24,000 nt of DNA from Paenarthrobacter nicotinovorans (lineage in GTDB: Bacteria > Actinomycetota > Actinomycetes > Actinomycetales > Micrococcaceae), in the NCBI RefSeq assembly GCF_007670255.1, contig NZ_SZVS01000001.1, positions 436,501 through 460,500 on the forward strand. The letters are read 5' to 3'. Of this stretch, positions 8,566 through 18,329 are shown in pieces. The stretch's first letter is position 1. The number at the start of each line of letters is the position of its first letter. The notes beneath the pieces are model-generated. The model made no database searches, had not been told where the DNA came from, and was given only the letters and a program-made list of their open reading frames with translations. The position numbers and the translations under genes were made by a program.

Positions 8566-9198
8566 GTGATGGTCCTTCCTGTCACCGCCCCGCAACTGCT
8601 GGAGCCGGTCATCCCCGAGCTCTACTCCGCCGGCCGCATCTTCACCTGGAACGAGCTCCAGGGAATGGCCGTCGACGGCATTCTGCTGCCCCTGTATGGG
8701 AAAAGCTACGCCTCCCCCGGCGTAGCCATCACCCAGCGCATCCGGGCCCGCTCAGCAGCCCTGGGTGTGCCGGAGCGGATACGCACCAAGGTGGTCGCGG
8801 GCAGGCTCACCGCCGCCTGGATCTACGGGTGCGCCAGTCCACCCGGAAAGTTATCGCTTCTGGTGGACGCGAAGCACCGCATCTCCAGCCTTCGAGGCAC
8901 TTTGGCGTGCAGCCTTCATGAAGTGCGGCTCGGGCAGCTGGATGTGGTGAGCCTCGGAGGGATGCTCGTGACCAGCCCGCTCCGCACGGCGGCTGACATC
9001 GCGCTCCATGTTGAGACTGTCCGCGCCCTGCCCGTATTGCGGCGCCTCCTGGACCGCCCCGAGCTCGGAATCAAGCTGCGCCTGCTGGTCCTGGCGGTGG
9101 AAGCTGCACCCCGGGTGCCCCACAAGAAGCGCGCGTTGGCCACGTTGGCCCAACTCGCGCCGGAGACAGCACCAGACCCTGGAAAGGAGCCCCGCTAG
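8566..9198 (+). CDS. Hypothetical protein with AbiEi-antitoxin-like / DUF559-N-terminal-like architecture
   Basis: 210 aa with host-like GC3. The pattern is [28 protein letters not shown] (wHTH-like), then TAAWIYGC...LSLLVD, then [18 protein letters not shown] recognise this as the layout of AbiEi/COG5340-like proteins. The family call is from memory, not a search. Confidence 0.55.
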   Translation: MMVLPVTAPQLLEPVIPELYSAGRIFTWNELQGMAVDGILLPLYGKSYASPGVAITQRIRARSAALGVPERIRTKVVAGRLTAAWIYGCASPPGKLSLLVDAKHRISSLRGTLACSLHEVRLGQLDVVSLGGMLVTSPLRTAADIALHVETVRALPVLRRLLDRPELGIKLRLLVLAVEAAPRVPHKKRALATLAQLAPETAPDPGKEPR

Positions 9199-11603
9199 CT
9201 CCTGCGGCTGTTTCCGGTAGTGCGGTAAACGTCAAAGACACCATCAATGCGCCGGACCGCGTTCAAGACGTGGTGCAGGTACTTGGGGTCTCCCATTTCG
9301 AACGCGAACTTGGAGATTGCCACCCTGTCGCTTGAGGTGTGGACGGACGCAGCCAGGATATTGACATGGTTCTCCGACAGGATGCGGGTCACATCCGATA
9401 GAAGCGACTTGCGGTCCAGGGCTTCCACCTGGATCTCCACCAGGAAGACGCTCGACTGCGTGGGCGCCCATTCGACGTCGACAATCCTGTCAGGCTGGTC
9501 ACGCAGGCCGGCGACGTTCGTACAGTCTGTCCGGTGCACAGAGACACCTGAACCGCGCGTCACGAAGCCGAGGATGGGATCCGGGGGCACGGGTGTGCAG
9601 CATCGTGCCAGCTTGACCCACACGTCGCCCACGCCCCTGACGATGACGCCTGAGTCCGAGAACTTGGATTTGGCTACCTGGGTGGGAATGCTGACCTCGT
9701 CAAGATCCTCATCCGGGGTCTCGTGTCCGCCCAGGTGCTCCATGAGCTTTTCCATGACGGACTGGGCCGAAGTGTGCCCATCGCCGACGCCTGCGTAGAG
9801 GCCGGAGATGTCCACGTAATGGAAATCCTCGGCGACTGCGGACAAAGCATCGTGGGTCATGAGCCTCTGCAGCGGGAGGTTCTGCTTCCGCATGGCACGG
9901 GTGAGCATGTCCTTGCCACGGTCGATCGCTTCTTCGCGACGCTCCTTGGTGAACCATTGCCGGATCTTGTTACGTGCCCGTGCCGACTTGACGAAGTGCT
10001 GCCAGTCCTGGCTTGGACCGGCCCCTTCGGCCTTGGACGTGAAGATTTCCACCCAGTCGCCGTGGTTCAGTTCACTGTTCAGCGGTACCAGCTTGCCGTT
10101 GACACGTGCGCCAATGGTCCGGTGGCCGACTTCGGTGTGCACAGCGTAGGCGAAGTCGACGGGGGTCGAACCCGCGGGAAGGGCCATGACTTCGCCCTTG
10201 GGCGTAAAGACAAAGACTTCCCGGGCGTTGATCTCGTACCGAAGGGAATCCAGGAACTCTCCGGGATCCGACGTTTCCTGCTGCCAGTCCACGAGGGACC
10301 GCAGCCAGCCCATGTCGCCGTCGCGCGGGCTGCCAGGACCTTGTGCCGTCCGGTTTGGCTGGTCCTTGTACTTCCAGTGCGCAGCTACACCGTACTCGGC
10401 GCGACGGTGCATCTCGTGCGTGCGGATCTGGATTTCGACAGGTTTGCCGCCCGGGCCGATCACTGTCGTATGCAAGGACTGGTACATGTTGAACTTGGGC
10501 ATCGCGATGTAGTCCTTGAACCTGCCCGGCAGGGGGTTCCATCGCGAGTGCAGCGTGCCAAGGGCGGCATAACAATCACGGACAGAGTCCACCAGGACCC
10601 GCACGCCCATGAGGTCGTTGATGTCGTCGAAGTCCTTGTCCCTGACAATCATCTTTTGGTAGATGGAGTAGTAGTGCTTGGGGCGTCCCGTAATGGTGGC
10701 CTTGATACGGGCGGTCCGGAGATCGTCCGCTATCTGGTTGCGGATAACGCTCAGGCTCTTTTCGCGCTCCGGGGTCCGGTCCCCCACCATCCGGACGATT
10801 TCTTCGTACACCTTGGGATAGAGGGCTGCGAACGACAGGTCCTCAAGCTCCCACTTGATGGTATTCATGCCCAGGCGATGGGCCAAGGGTGCAAAAATCT
10901 CCAGCGTTTCGCGGGCCTTGCGCGAAGAGGACTCTGCGGACACAAAACGCCAGGTCCGTGCGTTGTGCAAACGGTCGGCCAGTTTGATCATGAGGACCCG
11001 GATGTCCTTGGCCATGGCGACCACCATCTTGCGGACGGTTTCCGACTGGGCCGCCTCGCCAAAGCTGACTTTGTCCAGCTTGGTGACCCCGTCGACCAAC
11101 ATGGCAACCTCCGGTCCGAAGTCCCGGGTCAGGTCAGCCAAGGTGTACGGAGTGTCCTCCACGGTGTCGTGCAGCAGCGCGGCGGCCAAGGTGGTGCCTG
11201 TCATGCCGAGTTCAGCCAGGATGGTGGCTACTGCCACCGGGTGCGTGATGTACGGATCGCCGCTCTTGCGCTTCTGGCCCTGGTGGCTCCGCTCAGCGAC
11301 GGCGAACGCGCGCTGGATCAGGTCAAAATCCTCTTTGGGATTGTTGGCCCTGACGGTCCGCAGCAGCGGCTCAAGGATCGGCGAGTAAGGCGCTACGCCC
11401 CGACCAGTCAGCCGCGCCAGCCGGGAACGTGTGCGTTCCCTCCGGCCGGGGAACGTGGGACGGGCTCCGGGCATGTCAACCGGCACGGCGCCTGCAGCCC
11501 GGGCGGACACACTTGTTGCAGGGACCGCAGCTGCGTTGCGGTCCTCTTCCCCGCCCGCCAATGGTGCCGACGTCGCTCGTTCTTCCACAGAAGTACCCCT
11601 CAC
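9195..11603 (-). CDS. relA: Bifunctional (p)ppGpp synthetase/hydrolase Rel (RelA/SpoT homolog)
   Basis: HD hydrolase motifs [19 protein letters not shown] and LHDTVEDT. Synthetase motifs [20 protein letters not shown] and YQSLHTTV. It also has a TGS domain ([27 protein letters not shown]) and a C-terminal ACT-like domain. The start is ambiguous: GTG 11603, or GTG 11588, which has a better-spaced GAGGGG SD. Confidence 0.95.
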   Translation of the reverse strand: MRGTSVEERATSAPLAGGEEDRNAAAVPATSVSARAAGAVPVDMPGARPTFPGRRERTRSRLARLTGRGVAPYSPILEPLLRTVRANNPKEDFDLIQRAFAVAERSHQGQKRKSGDPYITHPVAVATILAELGMTGTTLAAALLHDTVEDTPYTLADLTRDFGPEVAMLVDGVTKLDKVSFGEAAQSETVRKMVVAMAKDIRVLMIKLADRLHNARTWRFVSAESSSRKARETLEIFAPLAHRLGMNTIKWELEDLSFAALYPKVYEEIVRMVGDRTPEREKSLSVIRNQIADDLRTARIKATITGRPKHYYSIYQKMIVRDKDFDDINDLMGVRVLVDSVRDCYAALGTLHSRWNPLPGRFKDYIAMPKFNMYQSLHTTVIGPGGKPVEIQIRTHEMHRRAEYGVAAHWKYKDQPNRTAQGPGSPRDGDMGWLRSLVDWQQETSDPGEFLDSLRYEINAREVFVFTPKGEVMALPAGSTPVDFAYAVHTEVGHRTIGARVNGKLVPLNSELNHGDWVEIFTSKAEGAGPSQDWQHFVKSARARNKIRQWFTKERREEAIDRGKDMLTRAMRKQNLPLQRLMTHDALSAVAEDFHYVDISGLYAGVGDGHTSAQSVMEKLMEHLGGHETPDEDLDEVSIPTQVAKSKFSDSGVIVRGVGDVWVKLARCCTPVPPDPILGFVTRGSGVSVHRTDCTNVAGLRDQPDRIVDVEWAPTQSSVFLVEIQVEALDRKSLLSDVTRILSENHVNILAASVHTSSDRVAISKFAFEMGDPKYLHHVLNAVRRIDGVFDVYRTTGNSRRS

Positions 11604-11686
11604 AACCGATTTAATTCTCCCAGTCTATTCCCGTAAGTGAATGCTTCTGCAACTGGACTGCACATGACGAACGACCCGGCAAGTCA

Positions 11687-11723
11687 AAGAGCCGGCCACC
11701 GCAGTGTGCGGGGGCCGGCTCTT
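11687..11723 (-). terminator. Intrinsic terminator of secF
   Basis: AAGAGCCGGCC (11687-11697) pairs with GGCCGGCTCTT (11713-11723). An inner CCGCA/TGCGG pairing occurs in the loop. On the minus strand the stem is followed by TGACTTGCC (the second arm itself ends in TT, so the 3' end reads CTCTTTGACTT, only weakly U-rich). It lies 26 nt after the secF stop. Confidence 0.65.
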
Positions 11724-11748
11724 CGGAGATTTGCTGCAGTGTGCAGCC

Positions 11749-12738
11749 CTAAACTGTAGCTTCCGTCCTCCGGTGGGCTACCTTCTTGGCCTGCTTGACC
11801 AGCTCGGGTTCGCCTTGGCGCAGCCAGGCGTACAGCGGGGCCGCGATGAAGATCGTGGCCGCGGTGCCGATCAGGATACCCACGAACAACGCCAGCGACA
11901 GGTCACGCAACGTGCCGGCCCCCAACAGGCCCGCTCCAATGAAAAGGATCGCCGCCACGGGAAGGACAGCCACCATCATGGTGTTGATGGAACGTACCAA
12001 GGTTTGGTTGACGGCCAGGTTGACCTCTTCGCCAAAAGTGCGTCGCGTGGACGTGGAGATGTCCGAGGTGTTTTCGCGGATCTTATCGAAGACCACCACG
12101 GTGTCGTACAGCGAGTAGCTCAAGACGGTCAGGAAGCCGATGATCGCCGACGGCGTGACTTCGAAATCGCTCAAAGCGTAAACACCCGCGGTGGTAAACA
12201 TCGTGACGAGCATGCCAACAAGCGCTGACAAGGACATCTTCCAGGTCCTGAAATACAGCGCCATGAGCACCGCAGCCAAGCCAACGAAGACCACCAGGCC
12301 GATGAGGGCCTGCCTGGTAACGTCCTGGCCCCAGGTCGGTCCGACGAAGTTGGAGGTGACCTCATTCTCGGTAACTCCGTAGGCGCTGGTGAGGCCGTCC
12401 TTGATGCGGTTGGTCTCGTCGTCGGTCAGCTGATCGGTCTGGATCCGCATGGTGTTGCCCGCAACGTTCGCAACGCGCGGAACAGCGTTCGGGACGACGT
12501 CATGCACAGCACGCTCACCAAGCGCCGCATCGGTGGTGCTCACGTTGGAGACAGTGAACTCGGAGCCGCCACGGAACTCGATGCCGAGGTTGAAGCCACC
12601 CTTGACCACCGGGATCAGGATGGACAACGCCACAGCCACAGCCGCGATGGTGAACCAGATCTTCTTGGAATTGACGAAATTGTACGAGCGTTTGCCCGTG
12701 TAGAGCTCATGGCCGAAGGTTGCGAAGCTCGTAGTCAT
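11749..12738 (-). CDS. secF: Protein translocase subunit SecF
   Basis: 329 aa. N-terminus YNFVNSKKIWFTIAAVAVALSIL, followed by the periplasmic loop and six TM segments typical of SecF. The ATG overlaps the secD stop (TAATG). Confidence 0.95.
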   Translation of the reverse strand: MTTSFATFGHELYTGKRSYNFVNSKKIWFTIAAVAVALSILIPVVKGGFNLGIEFRGGSEFTVSNVSTTDAALGERAVHDVVPNAVPRVANVAGNTMRIQTDQLTDDETNRIKDGLTSAYGVTENEVTSNFVGPTWGQDVTRQALIGLVVFVGLAAVLMALYFRTWKMSLSALVGMLVTMFTTAGVYALSDFEVTPSAIIGFLTVLSYSLYDTVVVFDKIRENTSDISTSTRRTFGEEVNLAVNQTLVRSINTMMVAVLPVAAILFIGAGLLGAGTLRDLSLALFVGILIGTAATIFIAAPLYAWLRQGEPELVKQAKKVAHRRTEATV

Positions 12739-14489
12739 TACTTCTCCTCCTTGCTGCCGTTGGAAGTGCCGGTCAATTGGCCCTTCGCGGCAAGGCGCCG
12801 TTCGGCGATGGTCAGGCGTCGTTCGGCTTCAGCGGCGGCTCCGGCATTGCGGGCGCGGACCGGCGTCGGCTTTTCGTCCGGAGTCCGGAGGCGGCCGGCG
12901 CCGCGGTACAGCGGGACGGCGCCCAGGCGGTCGGGCGACAATCCGGAGAAACGGTGTCCTTCACCAAAGAACTTGGTCCGCGCCAGCACCTGCAGCATCG
13001 GATGCGTGAACATGAACACCACAATGAGGTCGGCAAGGGCCGTCAAGCCCAAGGTGAAGGCGAAGCCACGGACGTTTCCAACCGCCACGAAGTACAGGAC
13101 CACGGCGGCAAGAAGGTTGACGGCTTTGGAGGCCAAAACGGTGCGCTTGGCGCGCTTCCAGCCGTTTTCGACGGCGGACACCAGGCCGCGTCCATCGCGC
13201 AGTTCGTCACGGATGCGTTCGAAGTAGACGATGAAGGAGTCAGCGGTCTGGCCAATGGCCACGATCAGACCTGCCACACCAGCCAGTGACAACCGGTAGT
13301 TTTCCGTCCAGCCGAGGATTGCAATGGCAAGGTAGGTAAGCAACCCGGCCACCACCAGGGAGGCGATGGTAACGAATCCCAAGGCCCGGTACTGGAAGAG
13401 CGAGTACACCACAACGAGCAGCAGGCCAATCATGCCGGCAAGGAGACCGAGTCGCAGCTGGTCGCCACCAAGCGTTGCCGAGATCTGCTCCTGCGACTGG
13501 ATCTCGAAGCTGATCGGCAGGGCGCCATAGCGCAGCTGGTCGGACAACGCCTTGGCGCTGGCCTGGGTGAAGTTGCCGGTGATCTGTGGCTTTCCGTCGG
13601 TGATGACGGCCATTGCCCGCGGTGCGGAAATGACTTTGTCATCCAGTACGATGGCGAACTGCGCCTTCGGGTCCTGCGTACCTTGCGCCTGCGCTGCAAC
13701 GTAGAACTGGTTAAGGCGTTCGGTAACTGCCTTGAACTTTGCGGTGGCATCGCCGTTGAAGACGATGTTCACACCCCAGGAGTTCGTGACAGAGCCCTGC
13801 GCGCCTTGGACCTGGGAGAACGTGGAGTCGCTGATGTCCTGGCCCTTGACCTCCACCGGCCCAAGAATGTACTTGACGGCGGGAGTCTTGTCGGTAGCGG
13901 GCTCACAAGCAACCAGCGGCTTGGCAGGATCCGAACGGTCCCGCTTCTCGTTGGAAGGGTTGACGCAATCCAGCGCCTCGAATTCCTTCTGGACATCAGG
14001 GGTAACCCAGTTGATGTCGCTGGCGTTCGTCGGCTCGGCAGTGGGCTTGTTCAACTGGTCATCCGGGGTCCGCTGTTCGGCGGGGATGGCTGCGGGATCT
14101 CCAGCGGCGATAACAGGCCGGAAGTTCATGTCAGCCGAGGCCTGGATGAGGTCGCGGGTTTCCTTCGAAGGGGTGCCCGGCAGGCTGACAACCACGTTCC
14201 GGCCCGACTGGGTGCTGATTTCGGCCTCGGCGACGCCGGAACCGTCAACACGCTGGCGGATGATCGCCACCGCTTGGTTGAGTTGCTCCTCGTTGATGTC
14301 GGTCGCACCCTCCACACGGGGTGCCAGGATCATCTGCGTTCCGCCTTCGAGGTCCAGTGCAAGCTTGGGCGCCCAGCTTGCATGGCCGGTCATCACACCG
14401 CCGGCCAGGACGACGGTGAGTACAACGAATATTGCTCCAAGCCATGTCAGCACCCTGCGGGCTGAATTTTTGGGGCCGGTCCTTGCCAT
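12738..14489 (-). CDS. secD: Protein translocase subunit SecD
   Basis: LALDLEGGTQMIL and the C-terminal RND-like TM bundle (YRALGFVTIASLVVAGLLTYLAIAILG...). I prefer the ATG at 14489 (SD AGGAAG 7 nt upstream) over the track TTG at 14495. Confidence 0.95.
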   Translation of the reverse strand: MARTGPKNSARRVLTWLGAIFVVLTVVLAGGVMTGHASWAPKLALDLEGGTQMILAPRVEGATDINEEQLNQAVAIIRQRVDGSGVAEAEISTQSGRNVVVSLPGTPSKETRDLIQASADMNFRPVIAAGDPAAIPAEQRTPDDQLNKPTAEPTNASDINWVTPDVQKEFEALDCVNPSNEKRDRSDPAKPLVACEPATDKTPAVKYILGPVEVKGQDISDSTFSQVQGAQGSVTNSWGVNIVFNGDATAKFKAVTERLNQFYVAAQAQGTQDPKAQFAIVLDDKVISAPRAMAVITDGKPQITGNFTQASAKALSDQLRYGALPISFEIQSQEQISATLGGDQLRLGLLAGMIGLLLVVVYSLFQYRALGFVTIASLVVAGLLTYLAIAILGWTENYRLSLAGVAGLIVAIGQTADSFIVYFERIRDELRDGRGLVSAVENGWKRAKRTVLASKAVNLLAAVVLYFVAVGNVRGFAFTLGLTALADLIVVFMFTHPMLQVLARTKFFGEGHRFSGLSPDRLGAVPLYRGAGRLRTPDEKPTPVRARNAGAAAEAERRLTIAERRLAAKGQLTGTSNGSKEEK

Positions 14490-14516
14490 TTTCAATCTTC
14501 CTGTTATCGCCGGACA

Positions 14517-14552
14517 GCCGCCGGCGGACGCTGATGAGCGTCTGCCGGCGGC
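14517..14552 (-). other. 15-bp stem-loop in the yajC-secD intergenic region (attenuator, processing or stabiliser element)
   Basis: GCCGCCGGCGGACGC (14517-14531) pairs with GCGTCTGCCGGCGGC (14538-14552). There are 14 Watson-Crick pairs plus one G-U, and a 6-nt loop. There is no U-tract on the minus strand. Confidence 0.45.
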
Positions 14553-14603
14553 TTTCCGCTGCCGTAGAAGTTGCCGTGCGCGGTGGTGCCGCGACTGACG
14601 GTG

Positions 14604-14987
14604 CTAGTTGTCCTTCTTGTCCTCTTTGTTGAGGCGCGCAATGGTCTCTTCCGGCGTCTCGCCGGCCGCCGGGGTTTCGGGGCCCGTTGCGGTCAAGGAA
14701 GAAGCGTCATCCGGAACCACAGGGGCTTCCTCGGGAGTCGCCTCAACAACCTTGGTGACAGCCTGACGGTGAACCGTGGCCTCGTTGCCCGGGGAGAGCT
14801 CGATAACGACCTTGTTCTCCGCTTCGTCGATGGACACGATGCGGCCAAAGAGGCCGAAGCTGGTCATGACGTCGACGCCCGGAGCAAACTTGGCCTGCAT
14901 CTCAGCCTGCTGCTGCTGGGTCTTCTTGTTGCGGCGGAACATCATGAAGACAAAGAGTCCAAGCATGACGAACAGCAATATGGTCAT
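14604..14987 (-). CDS. yajC: Preprotein translocase subunit YajC
   Basis: MTILLFVMLGLFVFMMFRRNKKTQQQQ, then GVDVMTSFGLFGRIVSIDEAENKVVIELSPG, is the YajC signature, here with an acidic, Pro-rich C-terminal tail. The track start at 15068 adds 27 non-homologous residues, so I prefer the ATG at 14987. Confidence 0.85.
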   Translation of the reverse strand: MTILLFVMLGLFVFMMFRRNKKTQQQQAEMQAKFAPGVDVMTSFGLFGRIVSIDEAENKVVIELSPGNEATVHRQAVTKVVEATPEEAPVVPDDASSLTATGPETPAAGETPEETIARLNKEDKKDN

Positions 14988-15132
14988 TGGATCCACAGGG
15001 AAGTTCCGTTCTGTACTTACGTTTTGGTTCACGGCAACGTCCCTGGCAGATCCGCGAGGCTGGCGCATGGATCAAGGACTCGAACGTGCCGAGCGTCATA
15101 CCAGTCTAGAGGGAAAAGCTGAACGCAGCGTG

Positions 15133-16209
15133 TTAACCCGCAGTATCTACGCTTTCGGCGTGGTTTTCGTCGTCGTCAAACAGCCCAAGGGTCTCTTGTC
15201 CGAACACACCGGCCGGCACGGCGTACCCCAGATGGGTCCAGGCGGACGCCATTGCAATCCGGCCGCGGGGCGTCCGGCCCAGAAGGCCCTCCCGCACCAG
15301 GAAAGGCTCCGCTACCGTCTCGACGGTCTCAGCCTCTTCCCCCACGGCAATCGCCAGCGTGGACAGTCCCACCGGACCGCCGTTGAACTTGGTAATAAGC
15401 GCTTCGAGGACAGAGCGGTCCAGCCGGTCAAGGCCGCGTTGGTCCACTTCGTACATATCCAAGGCAGCCGAGGCTGACCGGGCGTCGATTTGGTCGATGC
15501 CGTGAACCAGTGCCCAGTCGCGGACACGCCGAAGCAACCGGTTGGCGATACGCGGTGTTCCGCGTGAGCGGCCGGCAATCTCCGTGAACCCGGCCGAGTT
15601 CACCTTCAGGTCCAGCAGCCCTGCCGAACGGCGCAACACAAGTTCGAGTTCGGCCACTGAATAGAACTCAAGATGACCGGTGAAACCGAAGCGGTCCCGC
15701 AGCGGACCAGGAAGCAGTCCGGCCCGGGTCGTGGCTCCTACCAACGTGAAGGGAGGCAGCTCCAGGGGAATGGCCGTGGCACCGGCACCTTTGCCCACCA
15801 CGATATCCACGCGGAAGTCTTCCATGGCCATGTAGAGCATTTCTTCCGCAGGCCGGGACATGCGGTGGATTTCGTCCAGGAACAGGACCTCGCCTTCGGA
15901 GAGGGAGGACAATATTGCTGCCAAGTCCCCGGCATGCTGGATGGCCGGTCCGCTGCTGATGCGCAGTGGAGCATTCATCTCGGCCGCAATGATCATGGCC
16001 AGGGTGGTTTTGCCGAGTCCGGGGGGACCGGACATGAGCACGTGGTCGGCACTGCGGCCGCGCATTTTGGACGCCTCGAGGACCAAGGCAAGCTGCTTGC
16101 GGACCCGGTGCTGGCCCACAAAGTCGTGAAGGTTCTTGGGACGGAGAGCCGCCTCGATGACCCGCTCTTCCGGTTCCTCTCCCCCGCTGACCAGTGACTG
16201 CTCAGCCAC
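15133..16209 (-). CDS. ruvB: Holliday junction branch migration DNA helicase RuvB
   Basis: [12 protein letters not shown], Walker [12 protein letters not shown], Walker B LFLDEIHR and sensor GATTRAGLL. The GTG start overlaps the ruvA stop (GTGGCTGA). Confidence 0.97.
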   Translation of the reverse strand: MAEQSLVSGGEEPEERVIEAALRPKNLHDFVGQHRVRKQLALVLEASKMRGRSADHVLMSGPPGLGKTTLAMIIAAEMNAPLRISSGPAIQHAGDLAAILSSLSEGEVLFLDEIHRMSRPAEEMLYMAMEDFRVDIVVGKGAGATAIPLELPPFTLVGATTRAGLLPGPLRDRFGFTGHLEFYSVAELELVLRRSAGLLDLKVNSAGFTEIAGRSRGTPRIANRLLRRVRDWALVHGIDQIDARSASAALDMYEVDQRGLDRLDRSVLEALITKFNGGPVGLSTLAIAVGEEAETVETVAEPFLVREGLLGRTPRGRIAMASAWTHLGYAVPAGVFGQETLGLFDDDENHAESVDTAG

Positions 16210-16846
16210 GGCTGCCTACGCGGTTGCCGGCGCGGGCGCCGTCCTGGCCAAGCCACCGCAGCGTGGCCCGGAGAATCTGTGCGACGTTACCGGCATCCAC
16301 CAATTCGGGTGAGTCGGCCATGGCTTTGTCGATGCTTCCGTTGGCGTCCTTCTCCGACCAACCAAGGCTGGTCATGGCGGCCACCACCTGCGGCTTCCAG
16401 TCAGCCTTGACAGCGGCTGCGGGCGCGGCCGCGGTGCCTGTGCCATGCGGGACCAATTTGCCCGCAAGCTCAAGGACGATCCGGCCGGCAACCTTTGGCC
16501 CGATACCGGGAACTTTCGTGAAGGCCTTGCCATCACCGGTATGCGCTGCAACGCGGATGGCTTCGGGTTCGTGCACTGCGAGCACGGCCAAAGCAAGCCG
16601 GGGTCCGACCCCGCTGACGCTGAGCAGGACATCGAAAACTTCCCGCTCGTCGTCGTCGGCGAAGCCAAAGAGTGTCAGGGAGTCCTCGCGGACGATCATC
16701 GAGGTAAAGAGCTTTGCGTCAGCCCCTACCTTCAGATGGCTCAGGGTCTGCGGCGTTGCGAACACGCTCATGCCCACACCGTTGAGGTCAATGACGGCGC
16801 TGGACAACCCAACGTGGGCTACGGTTCCACGAAGAAAACTGATCAA
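16202..16846 (-). CDS. ruvA: Holliday junction branch migration complex subunit RuvA
   Basis: [35 protein letters not shown], and the HhH motifs [16 protein letters not shown] and [20 protein letters not shown] start with GGAG 7 nt upstream. Confidence 0.95.
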   Translation of the reverse strand: MISFLRGTVAHVGLSSAVIDLNGVGMSVFATPQTLSHLKVGADAKLFTSMIVREDSLTLFGFADDDEREVFDVLLSVSGVGPRLALAVLAVHEPEAIRVAAHTGDGKAFTKVPGIGPKVAGRIVLELAGKLVPHGTGTAAAPAAAVKADWKPQVVAAMTSLGWSEKDANGSIDKAMADSPELVDAGNVAQILRATLRWLGQDGARAGNRVGSRG

Positions 16847-16947
16847 GACCCGGCTCCTGAAATACTGCCTGCCGGGACGCTGGGAACTGCGGCCACGGCT
16901 GACTATCCGAACATATCTACGAATACCCTAGCAAGGACGCCGGGGTA

Positions 16948-17526
16948 TCAGCGTGCACGGCGCGCTTTGGCTTCGGCATCCGCCCACGCTTTCTGGGCCG
17001 GAGTCAGTGTGCCGCCGCCTGCCGCGCCGCCCGCTGTTCCCATCCCGCTTCCTGCGCGCCAGGCGTGCGTCAAGGCAAGGGCAAGGGCATCTGCGGCATC
17101 GGCGGGCTTGGGGGGTGCATCCAGGCGCAGGATCTTGGTGACGAGCTTCGTGACAGCATCCTTGTTCGCCGACCCACTGCCAGTGACGGCCGCTTTCACT
17201 TCCGACGGCGTATGGAGGGCCACCGGGATACCGCGGCGCGCCGCGGCGGCAATCACGACGCCCGAGGCTTGGGCGACGCCCATGACGGTGCTGACGTTCA
17301 TCTGCGAGAAGACGCGTTCGACGGCGACGACGTCCGGCTTGTGCAGGTCAAGCCACTCATCGATGGCTTGGGCTATGACCAGCAAGCGCTTGTCCAAGGT
17401 CAGTTCCGCCGAGGTTCCCACGACACCAACGGCCACCATGGTTGCCCGGCGGTTCCGTTCAATGTCCACTACACCGATGCCGCAACGGGTAAGGCCCGGA
17501 TCGACTCCCAATACGCGAAGAGTCAA
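16948..17526 (-). CDS. ruvC: Crossover junction endodeoxyribonuclease RuvC
   Basis: [22 protein letters not shown], and [36 protein letters not shown] start with SD GGAAGG 7 nt upstream. Confidence 0.95.
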   Translation of the reverse strand: MTLRVLGVDPGLTRCGIGVVDIERNRRATMVAVGVVGTSAELTLDKRLLVIAQAIDEWLDLHKPDVVAVERVFSQMNVSTVMGVAQASGVVIAAAARRGIPVALHTPSEVKAAVTGSGSANKDAVTKLVTKILRLDAPPKPADAADALALALTHAWRAGSGMGTAGGAAGGGTLTPAQKAWADAEAKARRAR

Positions 17527-17570
17527 GTCCGGGCCTTCCTGTTTGTCATCAATACTTGGTGCTGCCGCGC

Positions 17571-18326
17571 CTACTCGGCGTCGAGGGCAGCCTGCACTTC
17601 CTCGCTGAAGTCCGCGTTGCTGTAGACGTTCTGGACGTCGTCCAGGTCCTCAAGTGCGTCGACGAGCTTCATGAACTTCTTGGCGCCATCGATGTCCAGG
17701 TCAACCTGCATCGACGGGACAAACTCTGCTTCGTCGGTTTCGTAGTCGATCCCTGCTTCCTTGAGGGCATCCCGGATGGCCTGCAGATCCGACGGCTCCG
17801 AGTGGATCTCCCAGTTGTCGCCGCTGTCCTTGACTTCCTCCGCACCGGCATCCAGGACGGCCATGAGGATGTCGTCTTCGCTGAGGCCGTTCTTTGGCAG
17901 AACCACAACGCCCTTGCGGGCGAACAGGTAGCTGACGGAGCCGGGATCGGCGATGGTGCCACCGTTGCGGGAGATGGCCAGACGTACCTCGGACGCTGCC
18001 CGGTTCTTGTTGTCGGTAAGGCATTCGATCAGCAAAGCCGAGCCCTGGGGGCCGCGGGCTTCGTACATAATCTCGGTGTAGTCAACCACTTCACCGGTGA
18101 GGCCGGCACCGCGCTTGATGGCACGGTCGATGTTGTCGTTGGGGACCGAGGTCTTCTTTGCCTTGGTGACGGCGAGTTCCAGGCCCGGGTTGCCGGCCAG
18201 GTCGGGTCCACCCATGCGGGCAGCGACTTCGATGTTCTTGATCAGTTTTGCGAACGACTTTGCACGCCTGCTGTCAATGATGGCTTTTTTGTGCTTGGTG
18301 GTCGCCCATTTGGAGTGGCCTGACAT
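17571..18326 (-). CDS. yebC: YebC/PmpR (TACO1) family protein
   Basis: [40 protein letters not shown]...[28 protein letters not shown] is the family signature. SD GAGGAG lies inside the pdxT 3' end, and the ATG is 3 nt after the pdxT stop. Confidence 0.95.
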   Translation of the reverse strand: MSGHSKWATTKHKKAIIDSRRAKSFAKLIKNIEVAARMGGPDLAGNPGLELAVTKAKKTSVPNDNIDRAIKRGAGLTGEVVDYTEIMYEARGPQGSALLIECLTDNKNRAASEVRLAISRNGGTIADPGSVSYLFARKGVVVLPKNGLSEDDILMAVLDAGAEEVKDSGDNWEIHSEPSDLQAIRDALKEAGIDYETDEAEFVPSMQVDLDIDGAKKFMKLVDALEDLDDVQNVYSNADFSEEVQAALDAE

Positions 18327-18329
18327 GCT

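Noticed and set aside
9723-11636. A 637-aa plus-strand ORF across relA
   Set aside because: It is antisense to Rel, which carries complete HD, synthetase, TGS and ACT motifs. It has no motifs of its own and is a shadow ORF.
11604-11748. Absence of apt between secF and relA, and absence of pdxS next to pdxT (19032-19133)
   Set aside because: These differ from the Mycobacterium/Streptomyces gene order I remember. The spacers (145 and 102 nt) contain only promoter and terminator features and no gene remnants. This is ordinary lineage-specific synteny variation, not evidence of an insertion or a novel element.
14988-15068. An N-terminal extension of the YajC ORF
   Set aside because: YajC proteins begin just before the single TM helix. 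The 27 extra residues (MRQPRGSARDVAVNQNVSTERNFPVDP) are hydrophilic and not family-like.
16445-17608. A 387-aa plus-strand ORF spanning ruvA, the ruvA-ruvC gap and ruvC
   Set aside because: It is antisense to two well-supported genes and crosses an intergenic region without any start or SD logic. Its sequence is Ala/Arg/Ser/Thr/Pro-rich with no recognisable motif.
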